64,000 nucleotides of DNA from the NCBI GenBank assembly GCA_030390025.1, contig CM059433.1, positions 25,856,001-25,920,000 of the forward strand. Reading direction: 5' to 3'. A program made the translations under genes and the position numbers. Source of the stretch: Squalus acanthias (lineage: Eukaryota). A model generated the notes under the pieces. It worked only from the letters and a program-made list of their open reading frames with translations, was not told the DNA's origin and searched no databases. Below are positions 62,895 through 64,000 of this stretch, piece by piece; position 1 is the stretch's first letter; each line of letters opens with the position of its first letter.

Positions 62895-64000
62895 TCTGTT
62901 GTTGGAAAATTGCTAGAGTCTATAATTAAGGATAGGGTGACTGAACACCTCAAAAATTTTCAGTTGATCAGAGAGAGTCAGCATGGTGAAAGGTAGGTCA
63001 TGCCTGACAAACCTGATTGAATTTTTTGAAGAGGTGACTAAGGTAGTGGACAGGGGAATGTCTATGGATGTTACTTATATGGACTTCCCACGTAAGAGAC
63101 TGTTAACTAAGGTAGAAGCCCATGGAATTGGGGCAAATTATTGACCTGGTTAGGAAATTGGCTGAGCGGCAGGAGAGAGGCAGTAGGGTTAATGGGTAGG
63201 TACTCAAATTGGCAGGAGGTGACTAGTGGTGTCCCGCAGGGATCCTTGTTGGGCCCCAACTATTCACAGTACTGTATTTATTAACAACTTAGACGATGGC
63301 ATAGAAAGTCATATATCCAAATTTGCCGATGACATAAAGATAGGTGGAATTGTAGGCAGATTAAGTGAATGGGCAAAACTGTGACAAGTGGATTTCAGTG
63401 TAGGCAAATGTGAGGTCATCCAAATGGTGAAAAGCTAAAAACAGTGGCGGTCCAAAGAGACTTGGGGGTCCAGGTACATAAATCATTAAAATGTCATGAA
63501 CAGGTACAGAAAATAATCAAAAAGGCTAATGGGATGCTGGCCTTTATATCTAGAGGACTAGAATATAAAAGGTTTGAAGTTGTGCTGCAGCTGTACAAAA
63601 CCCTGGTTCGACCACACCTTTGTACAGTGAGCAGTTCTGGACACCATACCTTAGGAAGAATATATTGACCTCGGCAGGAGTGCAGCATAGATTTACTGGA
63701 ATGATACCCAGACTTCAAGGGTTAAGTTACGAGGAGAGATTACACAAATTTGGGTTGTATTCCCTAGAATTTAGAAGGTTAAGGGGTGATCTGATCGAAG
63801 TTTTCAAGATATTAAGGGGGAACTGATAGGGTAGATAGAGAGAAACTATTTCCGCTGGTTGGGGATTCTAGGACTAGGGGGCATAGTCTAAAAATTAGAG
63901 CCAGACCTTTCAGGAGTGAAATTAGGAAACACTTCTACACACAAAGGGTGGTAGGAGTTTGGAACTCTCTTCTGCAAACGGCAACTGATGCTAGGTCAAT
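62895..64000 (+). mobile_element. CR1 LINE RT, decayed; runs off the window
   Basis: SCLTNLIEFFEEVT, GVPQGSLLGP, KFADDIK and YEERLHKFGLYSLEFRRLRGDLIEVF. Confidence 0.88.

Overview
Eukaryotic, repeat-rich vertebrate DNA; the repeat set (HE1-like V-SINE, Deu-type SINE tails, many CR1, Penelope and Harbinger copies) suggests a cartilaginous fish (inference). The only host gene is an orexin/hypocretin receptor (HCRTR2-type) on the + strand. Six coding exons, join(31958..32156,49887..50065,56753..56996,57882..57997,58086..58309,61393..61514), give 361 codons in one open frame with GT-AG introns; the last exon lies beyond the window. Upstream are Harbinger remnants, a 38-bp minisatellite, three CR1 LINEs nested inside each other, and a ~20.3-kb array of a 28-bp unit (~725 copies, with higher-order structure) ending ~1.4 kb before the start codon. 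The most unusual object is in intron 1: a 481-bp Tc1/mariner-type element (perfect 26-bp TIRs, TA duplication) that carries a captured piece of a BAZ1A/ACF1 PHD-finger exon plus probable intron sequence. Also notable: a two-gene Harbinger deletion derivative, hairpin-rich MITEs, a Penelope-type hammerhead ribozyme core, and a mixed OX1R/OX2R-type binding-pocket residue pair. No prokaryotic genes or CRISPR arrays. Gene and family calls come from manual translation and recalled sequences, not database searches.
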